In this document: in pieces, positions 1-15,000 of the stretch
Layout of the letters: every line of letters starts with the position of its first letter
Numbering within the stretch: the stretch's first letter is position 1
Origin: Trichoplax sp. H2
Taxonomy: Eukaryota
Direction of reading: 5' to 3'
DNA: 64,000 bases
NCBI GenBank assembly: GCA_003344405.1
Contig: NOWV01000014.1
Coordinates: 868,001 to 932,000, forward strand
The notes under the pieces: generated by a model
The model's database searches: none
The model's input: the letters and a program-made list of their open reading frames with translations, nothing else
Told to the model about the DNA's origin: nothing
Translations under genes and position numbers: made by a program

Positions 1-3000
1 TATACTTTATCCTAGATGTCTCATTCTGCTTACTAAGTCTAAATGGAAAACTTATGATTGGCGAGCCTGCACCGTCATTCTGACTTTTGCATCTGTAGTT
101 CCCGTTATTGTACAACTTTAACCCGGAAAATAATAGAGTAGATTGCGCAAATGTAGAATTGCCAGGTATTGTCAAATATGTGAAGTTGATGTTGATTCCA
201 CCGATTAAATCCACAAAATCTGAAGTCCATGCAATTTCTGATATAGGGCGTGATATTGCTGTGCAAGTTAGTGCCACATATGCACCTTGCACCAAGTTAG
301 TAGCGGTAGTGTTGCTTTGGATGGTTAGACTTTTTAAAGGAATATCTTTAGCAGAAATTTATAGGAGAATATGAGAATACAACACCAAGATAACTTTGAA
401 TGAAACAATATAATGTTGTTGATACGGTAATAAAACTTATAATAAAGTGAGTGAAGGATTTATTTAGTTACCAAGTTACGCTAACTAGATTAATTTATTA
501 AATCAAAGATACAAATTGCCCTTAAATTGCAATTTGAGAATCTATACCTATCTAGATAAAATACCCTATATACGAAACTGATACACAGCTTACCTGGAAG
601 TCGAGATTCACAGTTTATTCCCGTATAGTACAGCTCGCAACTAAATTATATCATATGGGCTAGATTAGTGTATGCTGATATCCATGGAAGTTATTTTGGT
701 AAAATATTATATTATAGTAAATAATATGATCAGCTATAGATATTACATAGATGAAAATTGTTTGTTGGTAGTAAATTAGTGTAAGAGTATAGCACTTGAT
801 TACTAATTATGAAGAATTTTTTATGAAATTCATGTTCTACTGTTTTTACCTGCACTTTGGTAAACTACTGTCGGTATCGTTGCTACATGTCCCATGACCA
901 TTACAGAATCCTTCTGAGCATATCATCTCTATAAATTTAAAAATTAAAAATTAAAATGTTTTCAGATATCAATACTGACTGTTCTGACATGCAGGTCAAT
1001 CATCAGCTTAATTATTTTTAAGCTCTTGTCAGAGAGAAAATTGCTGCAGATTGCTACCAAAGTTATTTAATTGCTATTCGTGCATTATACAATATTCTAC
1101 GTACTTGCTTGCTAAAAATTTCATTAGAATAACTTACTAATAGTGACGGCAGTACTTCGTATTATTATACCCATAGCGGTATAATTTCCAATGCATTTGT
1201 ATTCGCCGTCGTCGGCCAATTTCAAATTATTCAAAATTAATTCCGATTGCGACATTGCTAGGTGAATAAACGAGTATTGGACAATCATATTGCTGCCATC
1301 CGTTATTAGAACTCCATTTTTAGTCCAAGTGAGTTGACTTAAAGGACGAGATACCGCCTGGCATGTCAAACTAACATTTATCCCATAAATGTACGTAGCT
1401 GTATTACTTTTGACTTTAACAGCGCCTAGTGGAATATCTAAGGTAGATAAATATGTTATGAAATATGAATTATAATATTAATCCTGTAATCAGTGACTGT
1501 AGTCACACAAAATGGATGCATAAACGATAAAGAACATCAAAACATAACTTTATCTGAATTGTACCGTAAACTTAATATACTTATATTACGAACCCGGTAG
1601 TTTAGTTTCACATCGAGATCCAGTATAATAATAATCACAGCTGTTTATAATAGGAAGGCAAGTCAGCGTTACAAGTTTGCTGAATGTCAATATCTAATAA
1701 TGTATAATAATTTTCTGACAGTACTATAGTTAAAAATAATCGATTCTGTAGATTATATAGCTATCGTTCCGCAAATCAGAGATTTAGTTAAATATATCGT
1801 TGGAAACGTTGACAGTATTAAGTAATTTACCTGCACTGGATTTTGATGCTTCCACTGTTGACAGCACTACAAATTCCACCATTGTAGCAATATCCTGGCC
1901 AACAATTTAATCCTATCTCAACGTAACATTGGATTTTTAGGATAAATTTTAAAATAATTACTATATATCGATAATATTACTTGTAAAAACATTTGAATTA
2001 GCCAAAATGTAAGTAAGTATAGTAGTAACCACTATGTTCGTAGTAAATTCTGGAACCCATTGAAAGGGTTTTAATAATATTATTGGAAAGATTAAAGCTA
2101 TATAACCGAATTTAACTTACCTAGAGCAATTGTAGCACTCTCGACCAATGTGTAATCCAGACTATAGTTACCGATGCATTTATAATTTCCATTATTTTTG
2201 AGGGTCAAACCGTTTATGACGAGAACGGATTGTGCCTCTGTCAAAGCTGAATCTGCTATAGAATACGTTATCATAATATTGCTGTCATTACTGATTGGTA
2301 TATCATCTTTGGTCCAGACCAGCTCAGATATAGGGCGTGATATTGCTTGACAAGTTAAACCAACACTAGCACCAATATTGAATGTTGAAGCGTTGCCTAA
2401 AATAGTAACTTCGCTCAGCACGATATCTGAAATGATCAAAATAAAAAAATTATTATTAATTTATGTTAACGAAAGCACTGATTATCAATTTAGTAATTAA
2501 TTTGACTTAAAGCCCCACAGTTTTTAATATATAAAAATTTATGAATTACTCGCTATTGAAAATATAGCTACAAACAACTTACTTGGCAATTTTTGTTCAC
2601 AATTAACTCCAGTAAAGTATGTATGGCAACTGCGGTAAATTAAAATACCAAATATTTAGTATTAGATAATGATTGAATGGTTAAATTTGATATTAACAGT
2701 GCAGTATTAATTTATTACGTTGCATAGTCGTGCATAAATTAATAAGCAACAAAACTATCTTACAGTTTAATTCATGAACAATGCTTCATATAAATATAAT
2801 ATTGTACTTTGCCGATACTAAATATACAGAATGTATCAGCGGGAATGGCAATTCACTCGAGTTACAACTCTTAACGTTTACTTACACTATGTTAGGTTAA
2901 CAGTTACTTACTTGCACTGAAGCAGATTACTAGCGCTAGTGCTGCTGCAAACACCATTGTTGTTGCAAAATTTTGAGGAACATTCCGTCTCTATGGATGA

Positions 3001-6000
3001 TATTATAATAATTAGTATCTGCAATAGCAATACGAGAGAATGTTAAAGATTAGATACATTTATAATAATTTATTAGTATATATTAATGAAATATATTTTA
3101 CTGTGGCCTTGTCAATGCAGGTGATTACTATATCAATAAAATTTGTTAGATTATTATGTACCGCAAATAACCACTTACTTATGGTAATTTCTGAACTCTG
3201 GATAATCGTGCCCATCGGAGCATAACTTCCAACACATTTATAATTTCCGTTGTCATTAATAGTTAGTGAGTTAAAAATCAGAACCGATTCTGCTATTGAC
3301 GTATTATGTGATGGCGATATTGAAACTATCATCACAATATTGCTGCTATTAACAACTGGAACCCCGTTTTTACTCCATGTAAGTTCCGATTTTGGACGAG
3401 ATATTGCTAAACATGTCAAGGCGATTTTAGCACCGTAGATATAGTTAGAGGTATTGCTCTTCAGAATTACGGAATTTGGGGGAACATCTTTAATAATTAA
3501 ATGAAAGTAATAATTGATTATAAATAAGGAATTAACAAATTCTTTGAGGTTTATGATGAATAATGTTACACTAAATTATTACTAAAGGGTGCAGTAGAAT
3601 CTTTTTCATTAAGCGCTATTCTAATTTACTATCATTCGATCTAAACACTACCACAAGTCCGGTAACGAAATTACATAAATTAATAACTTACAATATATGC
3701 TCTCACACTGCATACCAGTGTATTCTTGGTTGCAACTGAAATTTTAAGTATAACATATATATATTATTGATCGTAGAATGAAAGTGAAATTTATCATAAT
3801 AATAGCACAATGAGTTTATTGGATTACAGTTACGGAAACAACTTATTTGATCTGATTGAGATATCTATGCTTATTACAAGATTATAAGCACTAGTTGTAG
3901 CCTATAGGTTATACAAACCATACACTAATTATACCCCTGAATACTTATACCTAACAAACTTCATTATATCATATTTTAGTACCTGCAAATTGGAACATCA
4001 TTGACTGGATTACACTGGCCATTGCCATAGCATACCTCAGACGAGCATGGGGTACCTAAAATTATAATAAACCATCATATTATGAACTTCTGAATTGACT
4101 AGCTGGTCTTTAGTTTCGATTAAATGAAATGACGCAAAATGTTAAGTAGAATGTAGAATTTAAGATAGAAAATAGTTATGAAATAATACGTTGAACTCAG
4201 ATTTCACAAAGTAGTAAATCAAGACACTTTCGAAATGATCAAGAAAAATTTACGCTCAATCCAAATTTATATGGAATAATTCAAGGCAACAATAATTTTG
4301 ATAATAAATATTTACTTAGATTATATGATGTTTCACATTGAGATCCGGTATAAGGAATGCCACAACTATAATAATTAAAGACAAAAATTTGATTTATTAC
4401 TATAAAGGATTATAATTTGCATCCTTATTGATAACTTAATATTGTTGTTTACTACGTATTGCTAAGTAAAATAATCATAGCAAATTTACCTGCAAACCGG
4501 TTTACCGTCCGTAAAATTGCATTGCCCACCGTTGCTACATAATTGCGGAGAGCAGTCGATTTCTAAAAAAGTAGGAAGTACATAATCAGCACTTAAAGCG
4601 ATAAAATTTTTTCGCTATCAATAAATGAAAAATGTTAGCGCTAGTCTTATCAGAAACTAGTAAGCCTCTATCTAATTTATCTGTCTCTAAAATCCGACTA
4701 GCTGTACAGATGAGACTAATTGGCTCTATCATATTCATCCATTTTCAATTATATTGACCGCTATACGAGTCTTTTATACAGTAGAATAGCAATATAGTTA
4801 CCTATGGAAATAGCTCTACTTTCTAACATTCTATTAAACATTTTGTCATGGACTTTGCATTGATAGTTGCCAATATCGTTTAATGTTAAACCATTAATCA
4901 CTAATATTGATGTTAGCTGATAGTAGACAGAATTCCCTAAAACTTGAGGAGAATCATAATGGTCTCCAATATTTAAGGCAATATTATCTTTAGTCCATGT
5001 TATGGAAGGCATTGGATACGATGTAATTTGACATTTCATCTCTACTGTTTGACCAATTTCGTAACCATTTGTCGTATTAGAATTAATCATAACGCTTCGT
5101 AATGGAACATCTAATTGTAAATTACCGAAAATTTGTTATGAATAAAACCCGTTTATTCATATATATAGTATCTGCTACTTTTGTTACTAGTGTTTGGGCT
5201 TTAAAAATGACTTAAAAATTATTTTAAGGCAATTTCTTGTAATTGGGCTATTATCAGTAACCTACATGGCGGTATGACTTCACAATTGGTTCCCGTGTAC
5301 CAATTATTACAACTGCTATAATAATTTGTAAATTTAAGAAAAAGTAATTAATATCCTAAGAACCAAATTTTTCCTGTAAATCTAGAGGAAAGTACCATTA
5401 AAATTATCGTTAAAAAACGTGAATTATGCCATTTTCAGTTCATTTTTCTGTATAGCTATTTCCATAATATAGCAATGCTATGTCATTTAAGAGTACTAAG
5501 CAAAATAATTTAATTACAGCAAGATTTATTAAGCTAATTATGTACAATGGTAATTTAATTAATAAATATAACTATTGAACTAGGAAACATGTCTAAAGAA
5601 ATGTAAGAGTATAAAGTATAGAATATAATATCGAAATTGGTTTTATTTAACAAACATAATAAAGGAAAATTTTTTATTTGAGTTATAATCATTGACTGAC
5701 AAAATTGATTCAATATCGTTCTTTCTTATAAATAACCTGCATATGGGTGCTTGCGTATTGTTAGCTAAGCTGCAATGGCCGCGATTAGAGCAAAACTTTG
5801 GAGAACAATCGAAACCTAGGACGAAATTTAGAGGTAAGAATTACTTGAAGATGATAGCTAAATGCTTAAGAACTTTTAAATATTTTGTATCTAGTTAACA
5901 ATCTTTTCATAAGTCAGGTTTTAAGCTTAAGCCAATATTCAGCTATTGTCGAAGCTCCATCCTTACTGATTGCTTGTGGGCTGCTTGTTACAGGTTGAGT

Positions 6001-9000
6001 AGTAATGATACTAGTTCCTTGGCAGGCATAGACGCCTTGATCTGAGGTTACTGCATACTTGATAGCGAATACTGACTTAGTCTCAATATCACTAAAATTA
6101 TCATTATTTATACTCATATTCGCATTAATCATGAGAGAAGCGCCATTTTTCAACCAAGCTATAGTTGGTCTAGGTCGACCGTAAGCTGTACATTCTAGCG
6201 TTATTTTTTCTCCAACTTTTACCACATTCATATTCGCTGTTAATGTAACAGCAGACACAGGGATTGCTATATTAAGCGAATGAAGATAGAACTAAATTAA
6301 GTATATTTTCCTTCAATTCGAGTACCAGTATTGCATTTACGAGTATAACAATGTGTGCAATAGCATAATAAAGTATTAATAAATAAGTTAACTATTTTTA
6401 TTTATTAAAGGCAGATAATGCTTTTACTTATTAGACTCTAGCTTAAGAAAGATACTGCATTAAACGAAATCGAATTAATCATTATCTAATACTCGTATAA
6501 CTGATTACGTTCAATGTTTACGATTTAAAGTAGTTACCAAATCTTTTCCTAATATATTAATATCGGTATTACAACTGTAAACTAAAAATTTCGATTATAA
6601 ATGCGTAACCTAGATCTGCAGAACTAGAAATGCATAGCGCCACAATTCTTTCTTAAATTAGAAGTGTGATAATATATTTGAAGTTAATGGTAAAATACAG
6701 TACATTCTTGTTGGCTTATACATTTATCAGGAAATGCCACAAATTCTTTATAATTATGATTCAGTGATTTCTAGATCTAACTTCACTTGTTGCATGACTT
6801 ATTCATTGTATAGCATTTGCTATTTCTCTTTATCTGACATGGTACATATAAATTGAGATTATCCTTGAAGATTCGTGTTGGGGCTGCACCCCAGCATTAG
6901 TGTATTTGGGTTACTCACTATTGACACATATTTGGCCATCCCAGTAGCCAAGCCCACACAAGCAAGTATAGCCTGAAGAGGACTTCATAACATTTACACA
7001 CGTTGCGTTCGGATAATTGCATGGAGAACTGGTACAAGGAGGAATTTCTATTAGAGCATGGACAAAAATATTTCCGATAATGTTAATAATCATATGAATT
7101 TCAAAATTATACAGAAATTATAAAATCTCGTCACGCAGAGGTTTTGATGTTATAATAGCCTAATATTAAGAAGATTAAATGAATTGAAAGCCATCTGGAA
7201 TTATACTAACCTGTTCGGCAGGTATAGCTACGGTTTCAGTTTTAAAAAAGGAAATAATAAGCGTTTATTAGATAATTTTGTACCATTAATAATACATAAT
7301 AGGATATGTTAAATTTATCAATTTTAATGATTTAACTGGAAAGTTAATGCGAAATTATGAAATTCTTTTCTTTCGCTTAGAAAATCAATTTGCGCTCATC
7401 TGAGAAAGGAAGACGTATTACTTACTTTGCAGGTAGCTTTGTAAGATTTACAAGGCTAGTATCTAATGGCTTATCTGTGTAAGTTAAGCAAAAGATTATG
7501 ATTTCTGATCTGGTAACTAATTTAGAGTAAATTTAAAAGCAGCTCACCAGTACATGACACATCTGATTGAGTCGATGTTGGCATACATTTGTTAAAACCT
7601 TCGTTTAATATTTCATTATTTTGAGCACATTGGTTTAAATTTGCTTCATTACCAGAACAATTAAAGCTACCAACAGCGATTGTAACGTTTTTGTTATAAG
7701 TTTTTCTCAAAGATTCCCATAATAATTCCGCATTAGCGAAACCAAGTTGACGACATGCCACCTGAGCTGCGCTATACTTCCACTGACTGTAGCAAGTGGA
7801 TCCCCAGGTTTTGCCGTTATATACTTCCATTAATCCTTGATTATACTTTCGATAGCCACTTACACGAATTCCAATAATTTTAGAATCTATACGCAGTACA
7901 GTATCATCAATTTTTTAACGTTAGTTATTAACAATATGCACGTTTAAATGACACTTTTAGAAATTAAAAGGAACAACTCAACCCTAACAAAGCCTTTTAA
8001 GGTGATTCATTACGAGTAGAGAAACCAAAAGCGAGAGTCAATTTACAGACTGCCATTATAAAATTTTATCTACTTACAAAACAAGCAGTTATAGCCGCTA
8101 AAATCTTTTGGACATTCGCAGAAATAATGATTATTATCTTGGTGACTAATGCATACTGCTCGACCACCAGCTTGAGTTGCACAAGGATTACTGTGACATG
8201 GATTTACATCTAAAAGGTCCACATATAGACGTTTAATCGTTATTAAGAAATCGAATTTTAGTAGCATTTTGAATTAAATAGGTTATGGCTGAGACCATCC
8301 TGTAATGGCTTAGTTCACAAAATTATTCAATGTATATATATAATTCTAGTATTTTATAGATAATGCTAACCAGAATACAGAGCTACTTAAATATACGTCT
8401 ATATTTCTATAACTAGCGCAATAGAATGTCCCTTTATATAGGTTATGAACGATTCAAGTTTGCTATAAAGAAAATCAATTGACAGATTGTTTTCATATTC
8501 GGCATACATGTTTCGCAATATTGGCCAGTGTACATTCTATCACAGCTGCATAAATAGTTTGTACTCGATTTTGATGAATTGCATGTACCATGACCATTAC
8601 ATGGATTCTCAAGCTGATCGCAGTAGTTATCTGTATAAAAGGAAAATGTTGTAATAAATTACCAGGGGCAATACATGAATCTACAGTAATTCATTACCGG
8701 TATAGTATAGATTAATTCGTGCCGAAACTCACCGGAACATTCTATAACAAGAGCACTGCGATAATATTGACAGTAGTTGGTGCGGGGAGGCGAACGTGGA
8801 CATTCAATCGGAGAATTTTCTGTTCCTTTGCATTGCAAATTACTGTAGAGAAATATGCCGATATTACTGTCCTTATTATAGCTCAATTGACGTATAAATT
8901 TTCCCTTGTTCATTGCTCGGCAAATTACTTTGCCAGATTGATTAGTAAATCCTTCGTTGCAGAAGCTACCCCATTTGCCGTTAACAAAAACTTGTACCAG

Positions 9001-12000
9001 TCCGGTACCTTGATTATATTGCTGGCTGTTTAAGCGCACGGCGCCACTTGCTATCGGCCCAATCTCACAATTTTGGCCATAATAATTGGGAGGACATTGA
9101 CAAACATAAGAGGTTTCATTATTGGCGCCAACTTCTATACAAGTAGCACCAGCAGGACAAATACCGGGTTGGCAAAGGTTGCCGGTGCATGAAAGACTGA
9201 TAGAATTTTGAGAACTGCATGTTGACGAGCTATTCCATAGACTGTGCTTGCACTGATATAAACTAGTCTCAAATCCCTTGCAAGTAACATTGCTTAGCAA
9301 TATTCTTGCATTACCAAAACGAGAACAACACCAATAGGATCTAACATTAAGAAATCCCATCTGTCTGCAAGCTACTTTAGCTTCATCTTCAGTAAATCCT
9401 TGGTCACAGACGCCTCCTGATGTGCCATTGTAAGACACTTCTAGACGGCCAGTATAATGATTCGGTCCTTCAACTAATGTTGCTCGTCCAGGTGTTAATG
9501 CTATAAGACGCAACAAGTTGAATAAAGCATATCAATAAGATAAAAAACGAAATATGACTAATAGCTTATCGGTCATAATGCAACTGCTATTTCTGATAAT
9601 GGCATATTCGTATCTGCGTTTATTATGATCTGCTTTATACCTATCTCGCAATGTTCTCCAGTATAACTAGGTGGACATTTGCACCTATAGTATGGTTTAG
9701 ATTGCAATCTTATACAGGTACCGTGGACACATACTGATCCGGTGCAAGCAGAAACTATAACATCAATGTGAAGAAATGATTATATACTTGTAATGCTATA
9801 AAATATTTAACTATCAAGCATTAAACGTATTGCAAGATAATTCTAAAAATGTGGAAATTCTATACAAACCTCTGCATCGTACTTCAACTAGGTTGCTATT
9901 AGCACACTGTCCAGGAGGGCAATAGCTAACGTTACATAGCAATATGGAACTTTCATTTCCTATACACTTGATGCCATCTTATAGCAAAGATTACCAGAAA
10001 ATTCAATAGATGTTTTCAGAAGTAAAATAAAAATTCAAGGTAGTTTAATTGCAAAGCTATAGGCTTCTAACCATAAATTGCATTTCTGCGCAGTAAACCA
10101 GATAGGCCATCGTTATCATAATAATAAGCAGAGGCATAATTTAATTGTCTACAAACAATGTTAGCGGCCTGTATTTTAAAACGGCTTTTTGCAGCGATGG
10201 CACCCCATGTTCCATTCTGATATATGACCACAGTTCCTTGTATATTATTAGTGTTTTTGTAATATGTCTCTAGCCTTACATCTCCATTCTTTGCTCCTAT
10301 TATTTTATGCAATTAATAAATATTTTCTGATTACTATCACTTTCCTTATCATAGCATATATATAGACTTTATCTACAGAGAGCAATATTACTGCGACATA
10401 TATCAATTTCAAAAGCTGTATTAATGTCAATTAATATTCTATTACCATATTGCTACTTAAGCAGAGATTTCATATCAACTTTAGCATAGAAAGATTTTAA
10501 AAATTGCTTAGGCTGAAAATTACCGTTGTAATTAAGAACGTAGCAGTAATATTATCGGACAAAGCAAATCTTACAGGCAAAAAAAGGCATAAAATATTAT
10601 TCTAAATCTATCTTACTTTCTGTACAATACGTTCCAATAAATTCATCAGTACAAAAGCATCCAATGCCAGTGGGTGTATCTCGACATGTCCCATTATTTG
10701 CACAAGGATTCATATGACATTTAAATGCTAATGTCATAAAAGATTTAATAAAAATTAGGATGACGACTTTGGAATTAACAGACTGATTAGCGCCTTTAAA
10801 TATTTAGATTATAAGTTTCAATCAAAGCTTTTAATTGCTATGCAACAAATGACATTTTAAAATTACGATAGGACAAATATCCATAGATACCTATCCCATA
10901 TACCAACGATATAAACTTACAAGTTTGACAGCGATCTCCTGTTCGGTAAGGTTTACAGTGACATTTAAATTTGTATGTGTCTGGACCATAACTGATAGTA
11001 GTGCAAGTGTTGCCAAAGTAGCAAGGATTGCTTGCACACGGATCATCTAATAATAATTCGGATATTAATAGTCTATAATTACCCTTTATTCGTACACTTG
11101 GCCATATGCAGCATAATGAAACCCATTTTAACAATGTCATCATCATATCTTAATATCAAACGGCTGTTCATCTACCGTTACCCATACTGTTGTATAATTA
11201 CTCTAGATTTACCAAATTAGTGCTATTTTAATCATTAAAATGTTTTATTACCTACCTTGACATCGAACACCAGCTACATTATTGGGACTGCAAGTCGAGT
11301 TTAGAGATATACTTTTACAATCGATGAGTCTGGCTTCATCACCATTACAATTTAAGTCTGTAAGCTTGAATGTATTATCACTAATTCCAAAGGCCGAACA
11401 ACAATAATAGCTTTTCATTCCTAAAAATCCTAATTGTTTACAAGCAACTTCTGCCGCCTGTGACATAAAACCTGGATCACAAACAGCTTTCCACTCTTTA
11501 TTGTAATAGATTTCTAAATTTCCTGAGTTGGTAGTACCATTGACGAGGCGTAATACTCCTTCTGCAACTATATTTATTAATGTCATTATTTATAGTTTTA
11601 GAGCATCATAAACTACCAAAAAATAGAAAAAATAAAAATAATAATACCCAATTCGCAATTTCTTCCGGTGAATCTATTTGGGCATCTACAGTAGTAATCT
11701 AAACCTCCAGCAATGCAAGTTCCGTTATTTTTGCAAGGATAGGGCTCGCAAGAAGTCGCTATAAAATGAGTGAGATAGTTATCGAAAGATAAAATTTTTC
11801 CATTTAAGGTCGTAGAGTAATCAATATGCATGAATACTAGATGTAAATTAACTCTAGATTAGATATAGTTACTGGCATACTGGCAAAATAATTAGATAAC
11901 TATTACACAAGTACTGCTTAAAAAATAGTTAATACAATTGCTAATTAGATTAGACTATTAAAGAGACTAGTAGATTTGCCAGGCACTTTCTTTGTTACAC

Positions 12001-15000
12001 GAATTCAAAATTTTTATCCTTACGAAATAGAAACTTACAGCTACAAATGACGCCAATATCACTGCCATGATTGCATTCAGATGACGCACTCACCACATTT
12101 CTGAAAGTGCAATTTCTTGTATTTGTAGCATTAACTGAACAATTTGATGATAATATCAGTGCAGATGCTGTACCAGTACCAAAATAAGCATTATAGACAG
12201 TTTGAACATAGCTATATTGTAACTGATTGCATGCTGCTTTGCCAATATTTCCAGAAGTTGCTGAACCGCAGATTGTATTCCACTGATTATTATGATATAT
12301 TTCGATGCGACCTTCCGTAATCTTCCTACCGTCTTGTAGCCTGAGATCTCCTTCAAATGCTGGTCCTAGTGATGATTAAGAATGGGTATTTTTCATTGAT
12401 AAAATATCATTACATCGAAATGCTTTTTATATTATTAGATATTCAAAACAAAGCTTAAATACAACTTGAATGAATCTTGTGAAACCTTATGGGAAAGTTC
12501 TATTATTTTACTCCTACTATTAACCTAAATAAACCTCGCAAACCAAACCAGTGAAGTATTTCCTGCATAGACACTTGAATCCATATGCCATGTTATGGCA
12601 TCGCCCACCATTACGGCAGGTTATTTTATTACACGGGTTATAATCTAAAGAGAATACTAGCAGTATTAAAATTTTATAATTTTATGTTGCATTTAAAGTA
12701 AGTAGCTATTAAAGGAGTAGCAATTGCAGCAGTGATCTAATATGTCTAATTGCCAGCTTCATAATTAAAATAAATTATTATTCGTGTAATTCAACGTTTC
12801 TAGGAGCTTATTTTAGTTGATTGCAAAAGTAAGGTAAAATCTACAGCTATTGAGCAAAGTGACAGACTCGCCAATTCGAACATTACCGATATTCTAGTTA
12901 CTTTATGGCAGTAAAATTTACCAGTTGCACAGTTGATTCCAAGAACGTTTCTTTTGTTGCATAAATCTACTTCAGTCATATTATGTAAAGTATACTGGCA
13001 TCGAGCAATAGATAATTCATTGCCAGAACAACGGAGATTTCTGATCACTTTTCCGGTTAAGCCAGCCCCATATTCGTTGCTAGAAGAATTACTTTTGCCA
13101 TAGCCCAGCTGCTGACAAACAACATTGGCTTCCGACATAGTAAAATTTTCATTACAGATATTATACCAATCTCCTTGCAAATAGACTCTAATGCGCCCTA
13201 GACTAACAGGAGATGTTAATAGTGGTCCAATTAAACTAACATCGCCATTGTTAGCGGGCCCTAAAGAGTACAGAATATCATCAAGTGAATAAAAAATTCA
13301 CTACGAAACCACGAGATAATTCTAATGTGATAGTAAAATGTTCGATCGCATATTACAATAGTTAATTTTCAATTCTATTAAAGTAAATACCTGCCCAGAA
13401 TGAATTTATCTACTTATCTCGTACGTATTCGCTATTAAAATATATATTGCCTCTTCGAAGCGAAAAATGATTGTGTTATTTCTGATCATCTAACCTTTCT
13501 CACAATTTCTTCCATAGTATCTGTGTGGACATTGGCATTCATAGTAACTAATATTTTGATCTATTTTATAGTTGTTTATGCAATCACCACCATTCATACA
13601 TGGGCTGCTATCGCAGTATGCGGTGCGTTCACATCGATTGCCGTAGTAGCCAGGCGTGCAAACGCAATATTGATGATAAAAAGTAACTCCATCGACTATC
13701 GATGTATTATAAGTACAAGCTCCTTGTATACAATAATTAGGACGGCAAACTGTATCTAAGGACGAGATCAATTCAAATATTGATGGCAATTAAACAACAT
13801 ATATCGAGATCATGCTAATAAATTAAAATTCAATTATAATAGCATTCTTAGCAATATTTTAAGTAAATACAGTTGCTATTGGTTAATGAGAAATACGAAA
13901 TTGAACTTACTTGAGCAATGGAGACGAACTTTATTACATAAGTAGCCATCTACTTCATAAGTAAGCGCACATTGTGTTATGTTAGATTCTTCTCCGCTAC
14001 AATTTAGTCTTGTAACCCATACTTTGTTAAATGGGGTGTACCCAAAACCAACCGAAGTATGATTTAAATAGCCTACGTAGCCAAGTTGATTACATAAAAT
14101 TTTGCCTGCTATTTTACTGAAGTTACTGTAACAAAATCCTCCCCAGATGCCACGATGATAAATTAATACATTGCCAGAGGTTACATAGGGAGACGTAGAA
14201 TACATATTATATAGTTTAATACTGCTTTCTGCCTGAGGAACTACAAAATAAAAAAATTTCCTAGCTCTTTTAGTTGATACAGTGTTGCAAATTCAGATCG
14301 CGATCAAAATTAAAGTTAAATCTACGCTAATTACTAAATCTTTACTTTCTTTTATAATGGATAACGAAATATAGGATTAAATAATTTACTCAATTGTAAA
14401 TTATTACATCGCATACCTAATTTTGTTTCGCATTCGTTTCCAGTATAGCCAGCTTCACATACACATTTGTAGTAAGGGTAAAAGGCTGTTGGTTTACAAT
14501 ACTTGTTGGAAATTCTACAATTGTACTCATTCGAATATGAGCAAGTGCTATAGCCAGCTACGATGATGTATAAAGAAAGAAAGAAAAATTGACAGAGTAA
14601 ATGAATATAAAGGTTTGAGTTAACGAAAATTTTAGAACTTGAAATATATTAGTGCATCACTTACTCCTACATCGTATAAATAGATCTTCGCTATGATTCT
14701 TACAAGCAGGTTGAACATTATTCCAACCAGCGCTATTACATTCATACAAATTTGGTGGTGTTCCTCGACAGACAACTTTGCTCAGAATTGCTGGACCGAG
14801 TACATCCACGGACTGTTGATATGAGTAGGTTGTACCAGTAGAGAATGAATAACCTAGCATCGTACATACTTGCTGAGGGAAAAAGCCCGGTGTCTTTGCT
14901 CGACAAACTGTGCCCCAAGTGCCATTATAAAATACTTGTAAAAAGCCTTCGTAATCTATGATGTCGTCTATTGATGCTAATCGGATATCGCCATCTTTTG

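Noticed and set aside
12156-12356. ORF-track frames suggesting frameshifted exons (also 16066-16365, 19925-20212, 21075-21320, 50044-50343)
   Set aside because: These are alternative frames. The SRCR/EGF frame is open between splice sites (e.g. GPAFEGDLRLQDG...GSDIGVICS at 12365-12039), so there is no evidence of pseudogenisation.
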